A stretch of 64,000 nucleotides of DNA from a virus (Duplodnaviria; Caudoviricetes). The translations under genes and the position numbers were made by a program. The DNA is taken from positions 64,001 to 128,000 of IMG/VR virus record IMGVR_UViG_2786546475_000015; one strand, written 5' to 3'. Of the stretch, positions 1 through 8,441 are shown in pieces. The stretch's first letter is position 1; the number at the start of each line of letters is the position of its first letter. Below the pieces are notes generated by a model. It saw only the letters and a list, made by a program, of their open reading frames with translations. It was not told the DNA's origin and did no database searches.

Positions 1-1
1 T

Positions 2-2095
2 AAAGCGTTTAAAGCATTCTCTAGTTCACTATATACACGCAAAATTCGTGCGGTAGTACGTGAGACGATGACGAATGGGTTAGATGGTCATATCAAGAAT
101 GGGAATCCAGAAGAACCGATTAAAGTCGCCCTACCCAATAAACTATACCCACAATTTACGGTTCGTGATTATGGTACTGGTATGGAACATGATTTTATTA
201 TGAACGAATATTCTAGTTACTTTAAGTCTACTAAAGATGACAGTAACGATGAAGTCGGTGGTCATGGTCTTGGTTGTAAAAGTCCGTTCGCTTATACATC
301 ATCATTTACCGTTAAATCGTATCAGAATGGAGTTCTACGCGTTTATTCTTGTTATATGAAAGCCAACGGTGAGCCTAGTATTGATTTCCAGTTAGAAACG
401 CGTACAGACGAACGTAACGGTGTTGAAGTATCAGTACCAGTAGAGGAAAATGACTTTAATCGATTTGAAAATGAAGCGGCGTACGTAATTTCTACATTTG
501 ATGTAAAACCAGATATCAACGTAAACCCAAAATTCGAAATGGAGCATTTCATTGATTCCGTTTACGTAACTGACGTTTCTCTAGAATCTAAAGTAATGAT
601 CCGTATGGGTAATGTAATTTACCCACTATCTAATAACGATGATATTCGTGATGTTTTATGGAAAACTAATTTTCGTAGTAAAATTAATAAAACTATTATT
701 ATTGATATGCCTATTGGTGAAGTACCAGTAGCGGTTAGTCGAGAAAATATCGAATATGAACCGTGGGTAGTCGAACATATTTGCGAATACATCAATAAAT
801 TAGATGAACGTATTGATAAAATGGTTGACGATCTATATCAATCCGTGGTAGATGATGAAAACGGTTATGATATCATGAAAGAAAAGATGCCTAACTGTAT
901 CGATTATTATAAGAAAAGAGAATTTATTTGTCCTATTCCTTATACAAGAAAGCATTGTGGGATTAACGACCAAAGCGGTCATTACCATAATCTAATGAAA
1001 TCACCAATTTCAATGCTTGAACGTATCATGAACGGAGAACAAGAAACTATTTATGATACCAACAAAAATAAGGAATTCAGTGATATTGATGCGGAAAGTG
1101 AGCCGTTTTATACATTGTTCAAAGCTTATAATAGCTTTGGTAATAAACGTAATATCTATGGTCGCCCGTCATTAGCTACGACTGTAAATATGCCTAACGT
1201 GTACACTGATTGGGATAAATTTTATCTACTAGAACGTAACGCACCTATTAAGCGTTCTATCGAAAATAATATGTGTAACGATTACACGCATTATGGCAAC
1301 TATTTCATTATCGATAAAAAGGTTTTAGATGAACATAAAAAACTGATTGATTTTATGTTTGATAATCGTGTAGAATATATGAAACTTGTCGATAAAAATA
1401 AAGTTGATAAGATTCCTCGGACTTATGGTAGTTATAACATCTATGCTGTTAAAGCACGTAGATATTCATTGGATAAAAAAACTCGCGATAAAGCGGTCGA
1501 TCTAGAAGATGCACTAAACAGTCTACGTCATAGCGATTTTAGTTTTGATGGTAAAACAGTCGTTTATTGTGAACACAAAAGCGGTGGTGTTTATATCGAT
1601 GGGTTTCTTAGTAAAATAGGTATTGAGAAATTTAGTAGAAGTTTGAATGATATCGGCGTTACCGTAGTCGGACTACCTAAATGTATTATCAAACAAATTA
1701 AAGAATATGATGGTGATTATAAGTTCGTTCATTTAAAATATGTTATATTGGGTATTGTTAATAATTTATTAAAACGCTCGCGTAAAATTATTAGTGTAAA
1801 AGCTACGCCGTTGAAGTATTTGGATCAATACAAAGGCGTTGACGTTAATAAATTTAAATATAAAATGAAATGTATTAGTGATTTATCAGATTTCAAATAC
1901 GATTGGGCTTTTTGTGATAAACCAATGAAGAAAAAAATTATTAAAATGTATAAAAACATTAATAATAATGATGAAATGATAAAACATCTAAATGATAAAC
2001 TGATCGAAGAACATCCCGTATTAGAATATGTAGAAGTTGGTATTAATGACGAAAGAGATTTCAAAAAAATTATTAAAGGTATGATAAATGAGTAA
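2..2095 (+). CDS. rIIA: rIIA protein (GHKL ATPase-like N-terminus); 5' end lies before the window
   Basis: Frame is open from base 2 (KAFKAFSSSLYTRKIRAVVRETMTN), with DYGTGM and GGHGLGCKSPFAY motifs; followed by rIIB. Confidence 0.92.
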   Translation, partial: KAFKAFSSSLYTRKIRAVVRETMTNGLDGHIKNGNPEEPIKVALPNKLYPQFTVRDYGTGMEHDFIMNEYSSYFKSTKDDSNDEVGGHGLGCKSPFAYTSSFTVKSYQNGVLRVYSCYMKANGEPSIDFQLETRTDERNGVEVSVPVEENDFNRFENEAAYVISTFDVKPDINVNPKFEMEHFIDSVYVTDVSLESKVMIRMGNVIYPLSNNDDIRDVLWKTNFRSKINKTIIIDMPIGEVPVAVSRENIEYEPWVVEHICEYINKLDERIDKMVDDLYQSVVDDENGYDIMKEKMPNCIDYYKKREFICPIPYTRKHCGINDQSGHYHNLMKSPISMLERIMNGEQETIYDTNKNKEFSDIDAESEPFYTLFKAYNSFGNKRNIYGRPSLATTVNMPNVYTDWDKFYLLERNAPIKRSIENNMCNDYTHYGNYFIIDKKVLDEHKKLIDFMFDNRVEYMKLVDKNKVDKIPRTYGSYNIYAVKARRYSLDKKTRDKAVDLEDALNSLRHSDFSFDGKTVVYCEHKSGGVYIDGFLSKIGIEKFSRSLNDIGVTVVGLPKCIIKQIKEYDGDYKFVHLKYVILGIVNNLLKRSRKIISVKATPLKYLDQYKGVDVNKFKYKMKCISDLSDFKYDWAFCDKPMKKKIIKMYKNINNNDEMIKHLNDKLIEEHPVLEYVEVGINDERDFKKIIKGMINE

Positions 2096-3140
2096 AATTA
2101 ATCAAAAAACAAAAAATGCCGTAGTATCATTTTACTACGGCGATGGTGAACGTAATAAAGCTAAAACAGCACGTAAATTTAAGATTAGTTCACGTAGTGT
2201 TGGTCGTATTATCAAAACTGAAGTATTATCAAAACTGAACCCCACACCAGAATTAAGAAAATTAATGAAAGGTGAAGGTGAAGATGTACCGAATACAAAT
2301 TCATCGCCAGAAGAATGTGGAATCGATGATTTAGATACAGGTGAATATTTAGTAGCTGATAGTCCAAATTCGACTAACGCACCCGAATCGGATATTGTGA
2401 TCGAAAAACACAATTCCATTCCAAAAGATACGACTATCGTTAATTGGACTGGTGGGTTAAAATTCATTAGTTTGGTATTGAGTAACGGCGAATCTATCAC
2501 CATTAATAGCGACGACAAACGCTATGACGGTGTTAAAGAAGCGTTATGGAATGAAGATATCGATAAAGCTTTAGAAATCGCGGATAGCGCTACCGAAATT
2601 AAAAAATGGTCTAAGAATGGCGTGGTTATTAGAAACGGTCAATTGACTGTACACGGTAAATTAATGACAGGCGCAGTAGTTGATCACATCATTCAATCAT
2701 TTGAGACTGGACGCGATTTCGATAAATATGTTAACTTCTATATCAAGTTGCTACAAAATACCGATTCTGATAGTGTACGTCAATTGCTACCATTCATGAA
2801 ACATAATGATATCGATGTTGATTCAGACGGTAATATCATTGCGTGGAAAATGGTTGACCAAGACTATAAAGATCATTTTACAGGTAAAATGGATAACAGC
2901 GTGGGCGCTGAACCTTGGATGCCGCGTGAAGATGTAGTTGACAATCCCAAAAAAACATGCGAAGCTGGATTACATGTATGCGCTAAAGCATATATCGGAT
3001 TTTTCTCTGATTCGCGTATCGTAAAAGTATTAATCGATCCAGCGAACGTAGTAAGCGTACCTAACGATTATAACGGCGCTAAAATGCGTGTATGTCGTTA
3101 TAAAGTTATCGAGGATGTAACGGAGACGTTTACCAAATGA
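2088..3140 (+). CDS. rIIB: rIIB protein
   Basis: N-terminal HTH; C-terminal DHFTGKMDNSVG..MPR..V, CEAGLHVC, DPANVVSVPNDYNGAKMRVCRY. Confidence 0.92.
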   Translation: MSKINQKTKNAVVSFYYGDGERNKAKTARKFKISSRSVGRIIKTEVLSKLNPTPELRKLMKGEGEDVPNTNSSPEECGIDDLDTGEYLVADSPNSTNAPESDIVIEKHNSIPKDTTIVNWTGGLKFISLVLSNGESITINSDDKRYDGVKEALWNEDIDKALEIADSATEIKKWSKNGVVIRNGQLTVHGKLMTGAVVDHIIQSFETGRDFDKYVNFYIKLLQNTDSDSVRQLLPFMKHNDIDVDSDGNIIAWKMVDQDYKDHFTGKMDNSVGAEPWMPREDVVDNPKKTCEAGLHVCAKAYIGFFSDSRIVKVLIDPANVVSVPNDYNGAKMRVCRYKVIEDVTETFTK

Positions 3141-3421
3141 ATTTAATGAAATTTTATCAATGTTGTTTAGACGCTTGTAAAGATCCTAACACGATTACTA
3201 AAGATATTACTAAAGTATTCGATGATATGGATATGAGCGTCGATGAAGCATTGAGCATGATTCAAGCTATTCAAAATAATATTGAATACTTCAAAAATTT
3301 AGAACAAACTGATAAAATTAAAAATGAACTTGAGATTCGTACGAGGATTTCATTAGAATTGGGTATGTGGTGTGAACGTGTGGGGTATATTCACCCCACA
3401 CCAAACGGATTGTATCACTGA
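3137..3421 (+). CDS. hypothetical protein
   Basis: 94 aa ORF with ATGA overlap on rIIB stop. Confidence 0.6.
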   Translation: MNLMKFYQCCLDACKDPNTITKDITKVFDDMDMSVDEALSMIQAIQNNIEYFKNLEQTDKIKNELEIRTRISLELGMWCERVGYIHPTPNGLYH

Positions 3422-4054
3422 TTACTTAGCACGTCCTATGGTTCTTGCGTTTTGATTACAGTAGATCATTATTCTACGCTTGAAATCCGCTTTACCTGAT
3501 TCAGTGTAAGGTAGACTATCGTACCACATGTAGACAACCATACCGCTATAAATATTGTTTAGATTGAACACTGGACAACTATAACGGTAAGCCGCTTGCA
3601 TCTGTCTAGATGTGTGTACGATCCCGTTTGAACCTTCTTCTGAATACGGAGAACCTAAAACGTGTGACTGGTATTCTGGTGTTACTTTCGATACAGCCAT
3701 ACCGTAGAGATCATTTGAGGACATTCTATTAGGAAGTTCACCTTCGAACGCAACGATATCTAAATATTCGTTGATATTGATAGGTCTATATTCCAAAACC
3801 ATAACACTATCTGGATTGATAAGAGCGTACGCACTTTGTACTTGTTCTTTAACAACCGTGTTATATTTTTCTTGTCGTTTTTGTTTGATTTCTTGGTATA
3901 CAGTATCTACCCGACTGTCAAATATTCCTTGTATGATTTGTTTATGGCTTGTCCAAACGATAAATACAAATACAAGGACTATTGCTATAAACATTCGGGT
4001 TAGCAACACCTTTGGGCGATCACCGCTTAACAATTGTGATAATAATTCTTTCAT
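3422..4054 (-). CDS. t: holin T
   Basis: One N-terminal TM helix plus periplasmic domain with YSCPVFNLNNIYSG and C-terminal CNQNARTIGRAK, as in T4 T. Confidence 0.88.
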   Translation of the reverse strand: MKELLSQLLSGDRPKVLLTRMFIAIVLVFVFIVWTSHKQIIQGIFDSRVDTVYQEIKQKRQEKYNTVVKEQVQSAYALINPDSVMVLEYRPININEYLDIVAFEGELPNRMSSNDLYGMAVSKVTPEYQSHVLGSPYSEEGSNGIVHTSRQMQAAYRYSCPVFNLNNIYSGMVVYMWYDSLPYTESGKADFKRRIMIYCNQNARTIGRAK

Positions 4055-4075
4055 TTTTATTCTTATGGTTATTGT

Positions 4076-4315
4076 ATGTTTAAATCAAATCTTAAAAATT
4101 CACTAGATAATGTGTGTACTCTTATTTATGGTCGTAGTGTAGAGGATCATGTAGGCGACGACTTACCACAAGCGGTTATGGAATTTGCTTATTTAATGAG
4201 CAAAGACTACAAAATGTCGCGAACTAAGCTACCAACCGACTATAAAGTAATCAAAACAGCTTGCGAACACTACAATAAAAGTGGTAAGCTACGTACACAT
4301 TACGAGGTAACTTAA
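4076..4315 (+). CDS. hypothetical protein
   Basis: 79 aa ORF, coupled to next gene. Confidence 0.55.
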   Translation: MFKSNLKNSLDNVCTLIYGRSVEDHVGDDLPQAVMEFAYLMSKDYKMSRTKLPTDYKVIKTACEHYNKSGKLRTHYEVT

Positions 4316-4629
4316 TGAACTATAATAAATATTTAGATATTTATCTAAAAATAGGCACAATAATTAGCACGATAACAGCATCTTCTGTTTATATTAATTC
4401 AAAGCTATTTATTTTATCTGTATCAGTCTATATTTTGACTGCGTTTGCTATGGTATTTTTGGCAAGTCCGATATTAAAACAATTTAAAATACCGAAATCT
4501 CATACGTCACTAGAAAGTATGGTTAATTTATATTCTACTAATAAAGTAAATCCACTAGTTTATATGACGATTGCATTTATTATTGAAGCGCTAATTTTAG
4601 TTGGTGCGTTGAGAATTTTTTGGGGTTAA
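4315..4629 (+). CDS. small membrane protein (about 3 TM)
   Basis: Hydrophobic segments; TAATG coupling. Confidence 0.6.
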   Translation: MNYNKYLDIYLKIGTIISTITASSVYINSKLFILSVSVYILTAFAMVFLASPILKQFKIPKSHTSLESMVNLYSTNKVNPLVYMTIAFIIEALILVGALRIFWG

Positions 4630-4631
4630 TT

Positions 4632-4880
4632 ATGAAATTAGAACAAGGTTATGGTACTATCCAAGATGATTACCGTGGAATGGGATATGTACTAAAAGAT
4701 GGTAATTTGGTATTAGAACGTGTAGAATTCGAACGCGGTACACGATTATTTGCGGTAGTAGAACGAGACGAGAAAACAAGAAAAATTAGTTCTAGTCTAC
4801 GAAATGATGATACAACACAACGTGTACGCGTAAATGGAAATGTCTTTGATAAAAATAATAAAGTGAGATTAGTTAAATAA
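4632..4880 (+). CDS. hypothetical protein (weak resemblance to MotA C-terminal domain)
   Basis: ATG at 4632 after GGGG; coupled to asiA. Confidence 0.5.
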   Translation: MKLEQGYGTIQDDYRGMGYVLKDGNLVLERVEFERGTRLFAVVERDEKTRKISSSLRNDDTTQRVRVNGNVFDKNNKVRLVK

Positions 4881-5122
4881 TGAATAAACGATTAGAATTA
4901 GTTTTAGATATTGTAGCTGTTGTCAAAATTTTAATTCGTACGGAAATGGATCATATAATTGACGAGAAGAATTTATTCATAGAATTTTTAAATGAATCTG
5001 GATTTAGGACATTAGGCGGCAAAGAATTTACAGTAGCTAACTACAATATCATGATGAAAAGATTGAAACCCTACGAAATTTCAATTATTAAGGGATATTG
5101 TGAGGGTGAATTATTGGTATAA
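4880..5122 (+). CDS. asiA: anti-sigma70 factor AsiA
   Basis: MNKRLELVLDIVAVVKILI..FIEFLNESG resembles T4 AsiA MNKNIDTVREIITVASILI..FIAFLNEIG; located near t. Confidence 0.8.
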   Translation: MNKRLELVLDIVAVVKILIRTEMDHIIDEKNLFIEFLNESGFRTLGGKEFTVANYNIMMKRLKPYEISIIKGYCEGELLV

Positions 5123-5123
5123 G

Positions 5124-5145
5124 AAAGGGGCTTAACGCCCCTTTT
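5124..5145. terminator. bidirectional intrinsic terminator
   Basis: AAAGGGGC-TTAAC-GCCCCTTTT between convergent genes. Confidence 0.8.
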
Positions 5146-5398
5146 ATTTTACTTCATCGATTTTTGATTTAGTATCTGTTGTATAGAAATTGAATATAAA
5201 GCGATAGTTAAGCGATAAAGCACCGATAATACCAGTAATCGCTACACCTTCACCTATACTCGCGGGTTCACTGTTAGTAACCCATTCCAATACGTAATAT
5301 ATCATCCAGCTATTAAATATTAATCCCGATATAGAGATTAATTTCAATTCTTTTATAACCTTAGATATTGCTTTTAGTATTTTATCTAACCTATTCAA
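5144..5398 (-). CDS. small 2-TM membrane protein at end of tail fibre operon
   Basis: Two hydrophobic helices, 84 aa. Confidence 0.55.
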   Translation of the reverse strand: MNRLDKILKAISKVIKELKLISISGLIFNSWMIYYVLEWVTNSEPASIGEGVAITGIIGALSLNYRFIFNFYTTDTKSKIDEVK

Positions 5399-5407
5399 TA
5401 TACCCCC

Positions 5408-6055
5408 TTATAAACCGCCACTTGGTGTACCTACGGTTACTTGTAGGTTTACGTCTGTTGTTATTTCAGTTGATGAATTATTCAATTCACGCAAATGAAC
5501 CCTAACATTAATATCGTTTGGGAATCCTTGTGTACTATTAGAATTTAACTGTACACTCACATCACCGCTAGTTGGTCTATACCAAGAAGGCGCTCCATTC
5601 ACGTATACAGAATTTGGTGTGTTATTACCAAGTAGTTCGAAGTATAATTGAGTATTATTAGCCCTAGCAACCGAACCATCCCAACGACCAAGATTAATTT
5701 CTGAACTTTCAGTGCGTTGGTTAATTTGACCATTTTGCTTCATAATCAATTCTATTAACGTATAAGTGTTAGTAGAATTAGAACTTTGCATAAAGCTAGG
5801 AATGTCCGATAAATCACCATCCCATGTAACAACACTACCTTCTTCTGCGAATAATTGACCTAAATCAGTACCATCGGCGCGTTGATATCCCGTAGTACCA
5901 AAAGCCGATCCTTGTGAGACACGTTCAAAACGATTGGCTACGTCATTACCATTCGACATGACGTAACCAGTATCGGGTATCGGTGATGTTAACGTACGTA
6001 GTTCGAAAATATCATCAAAATCTCGACCATCATTTATTTTGTATTCAGTTGCCAT
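5408..6055 (-). CDS. gp38-position tail fibre-associated protein (putative adhesin/tip protein)
   Basis: Overlaps the end of the distal fibre gene; repeated TGY..xG.D N-terminal motifs; beta-rich C-terminus. Confidence 0.55.
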   Translation of the reverse strand: MATEYKINDGRDFDDIFELRTLTSPIPDTGYVMSNGNDVANRFERVSQGSAFGTTGYQRADGTDLGQLFAEEGSVVTWDGDLSDIPSFMQSSNSTNTYTLIELIMKQNGQINQRTESSEINLGRWDGSVARANNTQLYFELLGNNTPNSVYVNGAPSWYRPTSGDVSVQLNSNSTQGFPNDINVRVHLRELNNSSTEITTDVNLQVTVGTPSGGL

Positions 6056-8441
6056 TAAACATACCTTTTACTTTATCAATAATTAATCGAATTAAAGAAC
6101 GGTTTTTGAATTCTTCTAATTCTTTCTGTAACACGTCTAGTCGTCTTGATGTTTCAATCGAATGCAATGTACCAAGTTTACCGTAATCTACGGTTAGATA
6201 GCCATTCTCGCTTTCTGACACGACTTCTGGATATATTTTCTGTACGTCTTGGGCGATTACACCAACATCGTACTTACCAGCGTCATCTTTTTCTACATTT
6301 TTATCCCAAATCCATTGTTTTGAATTTAGTTTTCTGTTAGACTTAGGTGTATAATTGCTAATGTTGTGCTTTAATTTTTCGTCAGACGAAATTTTAAAAC
6401 CAGAAGCTTCTACATTAAACCTAAATTCCCATGTATTATTAGTGACATAGTTACGCGCTGTCCAATAATCATTACCTAGATACGTTCTATATAACGCTAT
6501 TTGGTTATCACCCGCGCCTGATAATTGGTTATTACCCGCATATTCTATACCACCACCATGTGATGTTTGACGACCTACGAATAAACGACCTGAATCTGGA
6601 CTACTGTTACCGTAAATACCTAAAAATGAATTCGACGTAGATTTAATACGAACATCTGTATCAGAACCGTTATCTACTGATAAATTAGTATTGAACTCAG
6701 AAGCGTTGCGACCAATAACAGCAAATCTAGTACCACCACGCCATAAATATAGTCCTTCACCAGCGGATGTAGCACTATCGTTATTGTCACGCAACCAAGT
6801 AATACCGTATTGGTTAGAACTAGCAGACCAACCCGGACCAGCCGCGCCACCAGAATAACTATCACCGATAGAGAATATATTACCACCCCATGTAGATCCA
6901 CTACCAGAGTTATATCCATAACCACCAGTGAAGCCATATCTCATAGCTAGTTGAGTGCTATTAAAGTTACGACTAATACGATTATCCGCTAAATATCCAC
7001 TTGATATATTGCTCGCATCTAATTGAGTAAGTTGGCTACCATTACCATTGAATGTACCATTGAACGTACCACCACTGAATGTTGATGATACGACACGATT
7101 AGCGGTTAAATCGCCGTCTAAATCAATACCCGCATTAGAATCTGAACTAGGCGCACCAGTATTGTTACTAAAATACCAAATACCATCACGAACAAATGTA
7201 CGTAAACCACTATTGTTAGTGTTATCGTCATAATCGTTAAGATAAATGTATTTACCAAGATACGAGTTTGTTGTACGTGTTACGCTATTATCTACGGATA
7301 ATGTTCTATTAGCGCTTAAATTACCGCCACCAGATAAACCAGAACCAGCGGTAATCGTTCTTGTTTGTCGAACATATCTACTATCGCTTTCTGCGATAGA
7401 GAAAACTTCTAAATTAGAACGTGCGCCCGCTACACTCGAAGCCCCTGTACCACCGTTCGGAATAGATAAATCAGTACCAGACCAATTACTGTTATTAATC
7501 GTATCTTGTGTCGATAAATCACCAAGATTTAAAGCGTTACGCGCACTTGATGAAGTTGTACCCAACGCTAATTGGTTGCTATCATCCCAAACTTTACGCC
7601 AACCATCCCAAGTACCACCACTTGACATGTTGAAATACATACTCTTAGAACCATTACGAGATATGGCTATTAGGGCATTAGCGTCATCATTATTACTAAA
7701 ACTTAGAACTCTAGATACTTCACTAGCGTAACTATTGGTTGTATTAGTATCGGTAGATCCAAATCCAGCATAACCGATATTAAAATAATCTGATATATAC
7801 GGCGAACCTTGGTTACCAATACCAAATGAACCATTCACTAATAACTCATTATTACCAGTACCTACATCATAAGTAGCCGCATTACCAAGATTTAAATTAG
7901 CGTAAACATCGTTTAAATCGGTAATATCGCTTAAATTATTGTCAGCATTTAAATATCTGTTATCTGATTCAGTTCTTGTGTATAATTGAGACGATGAATA
8001 TGTTTCCGATTTACTATATACATCTAAATTAGTACGCGCTTGAGATTTACTACCCAAGTCATTTAAATTTTGAGACGTATTTAGGTAATTATCGTCTGAT
8101 TCAGTCTTAGAATATACACCGATAGCATTTCTGAAACCGCTATCAGTTGTTTGCGTTAATACAGAACGTGTGAATGTACTTGTACGCGCATTAAAGAAAT
8201 CTGTTGTTCTCAACGCGGTCATATACACATTATCAGTACCCGCTTGAGCTTGAGCTTGTGTAGCTACTGAATAATTCTGTAAATTAGAAAGACCTACATC
8301 GGCTTGTGTAGGTTTATCAAATTCGGTATAAACTTTATGGTCGTTGTAAAACAACGAATCACCATCTGGAAGAAACGGTAAATTACCGCCGCTCCAGATG
8401 GTGTTGCCACCGATTGTTGTATTTAATTTTAAATCACTCAT
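6045..8441 (-). CDS. distal long tail fibre B: gp36-like N-terminus, C-terminal intramolecular chaperone (peptidase S74)
   Basis: MSDLKLNTTIGGNTIW..GNLP..KVYTEFDKP (gp36 N-term); SDEKLK..GVIAQDVQ..P..V..VDY. Confidence 0.85.
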   Translation of the reverse strand: MSDLKLNTTIGGNTIWSGGNLPFLPDGDSLFYNDHKVYTEFDKPTQADVGLSNLQNYSVATQAQAQAGTDNVYMTALRTTDFFNARTSTFTRSVLTQTTDSGFRNAIGVYSKTESDDNYLNTSQNLNDLGSKSQARTNLDVYSKSETYSSSQLYTRTESDNRYLNADNNLSDITDLNDVYANLNLGNAATYDVGTGNNELLVNGSFGIGNQGSPYISDYFNIGYAGFGSTDTNTTNSYASEVSRVLSFSNNDDANALIAISRNGSKSMYFNMSSGGTWDGWRKVWDDSNQLALGTTSSSARNALNLGDLSTQDTINNSNWSGTDLSIPNGGTGASSVAGARSNLEVFSIAESDSRYVRQTRTITAGSGLSGGGNLSANRTLSVDNSVTRTTNSYLGKYIYLNDYDDNTNNSGLRTFVRDGIWYFSNNTGAPSSDSNAGIDLDGDLTANRVVSSTFSGGTFNGTFNGNGSQLTQLDASNISSGYLADNRISRNFNSTQLAMRYGFTGGYGYNSGSGSTWGGNIFSIGDSYSGGAAGPGWSASSNQYGITWLRDNNDSATSAGEGLYLWRGGTRFAVIGRNASEFNTNLSVDNGSDTDVRIKSTSNSFLGIYGNSSPDSGRLFVGRQTSHGGGIEYAGNNQLSGAGDNQIALYRTYLGNDYWTARNYVTNNTWEFRFNVEASGFKISSDEKLKHNISNYTPKSNRKLNSKQWIWDKNVEKDDAGKYDVGVIAQDVQKIYPEVVSESENGYLTVDYGKLGTLHSIETSRRLDVLQKELEEFKNRSLIRLIIDKVKGMFNGN

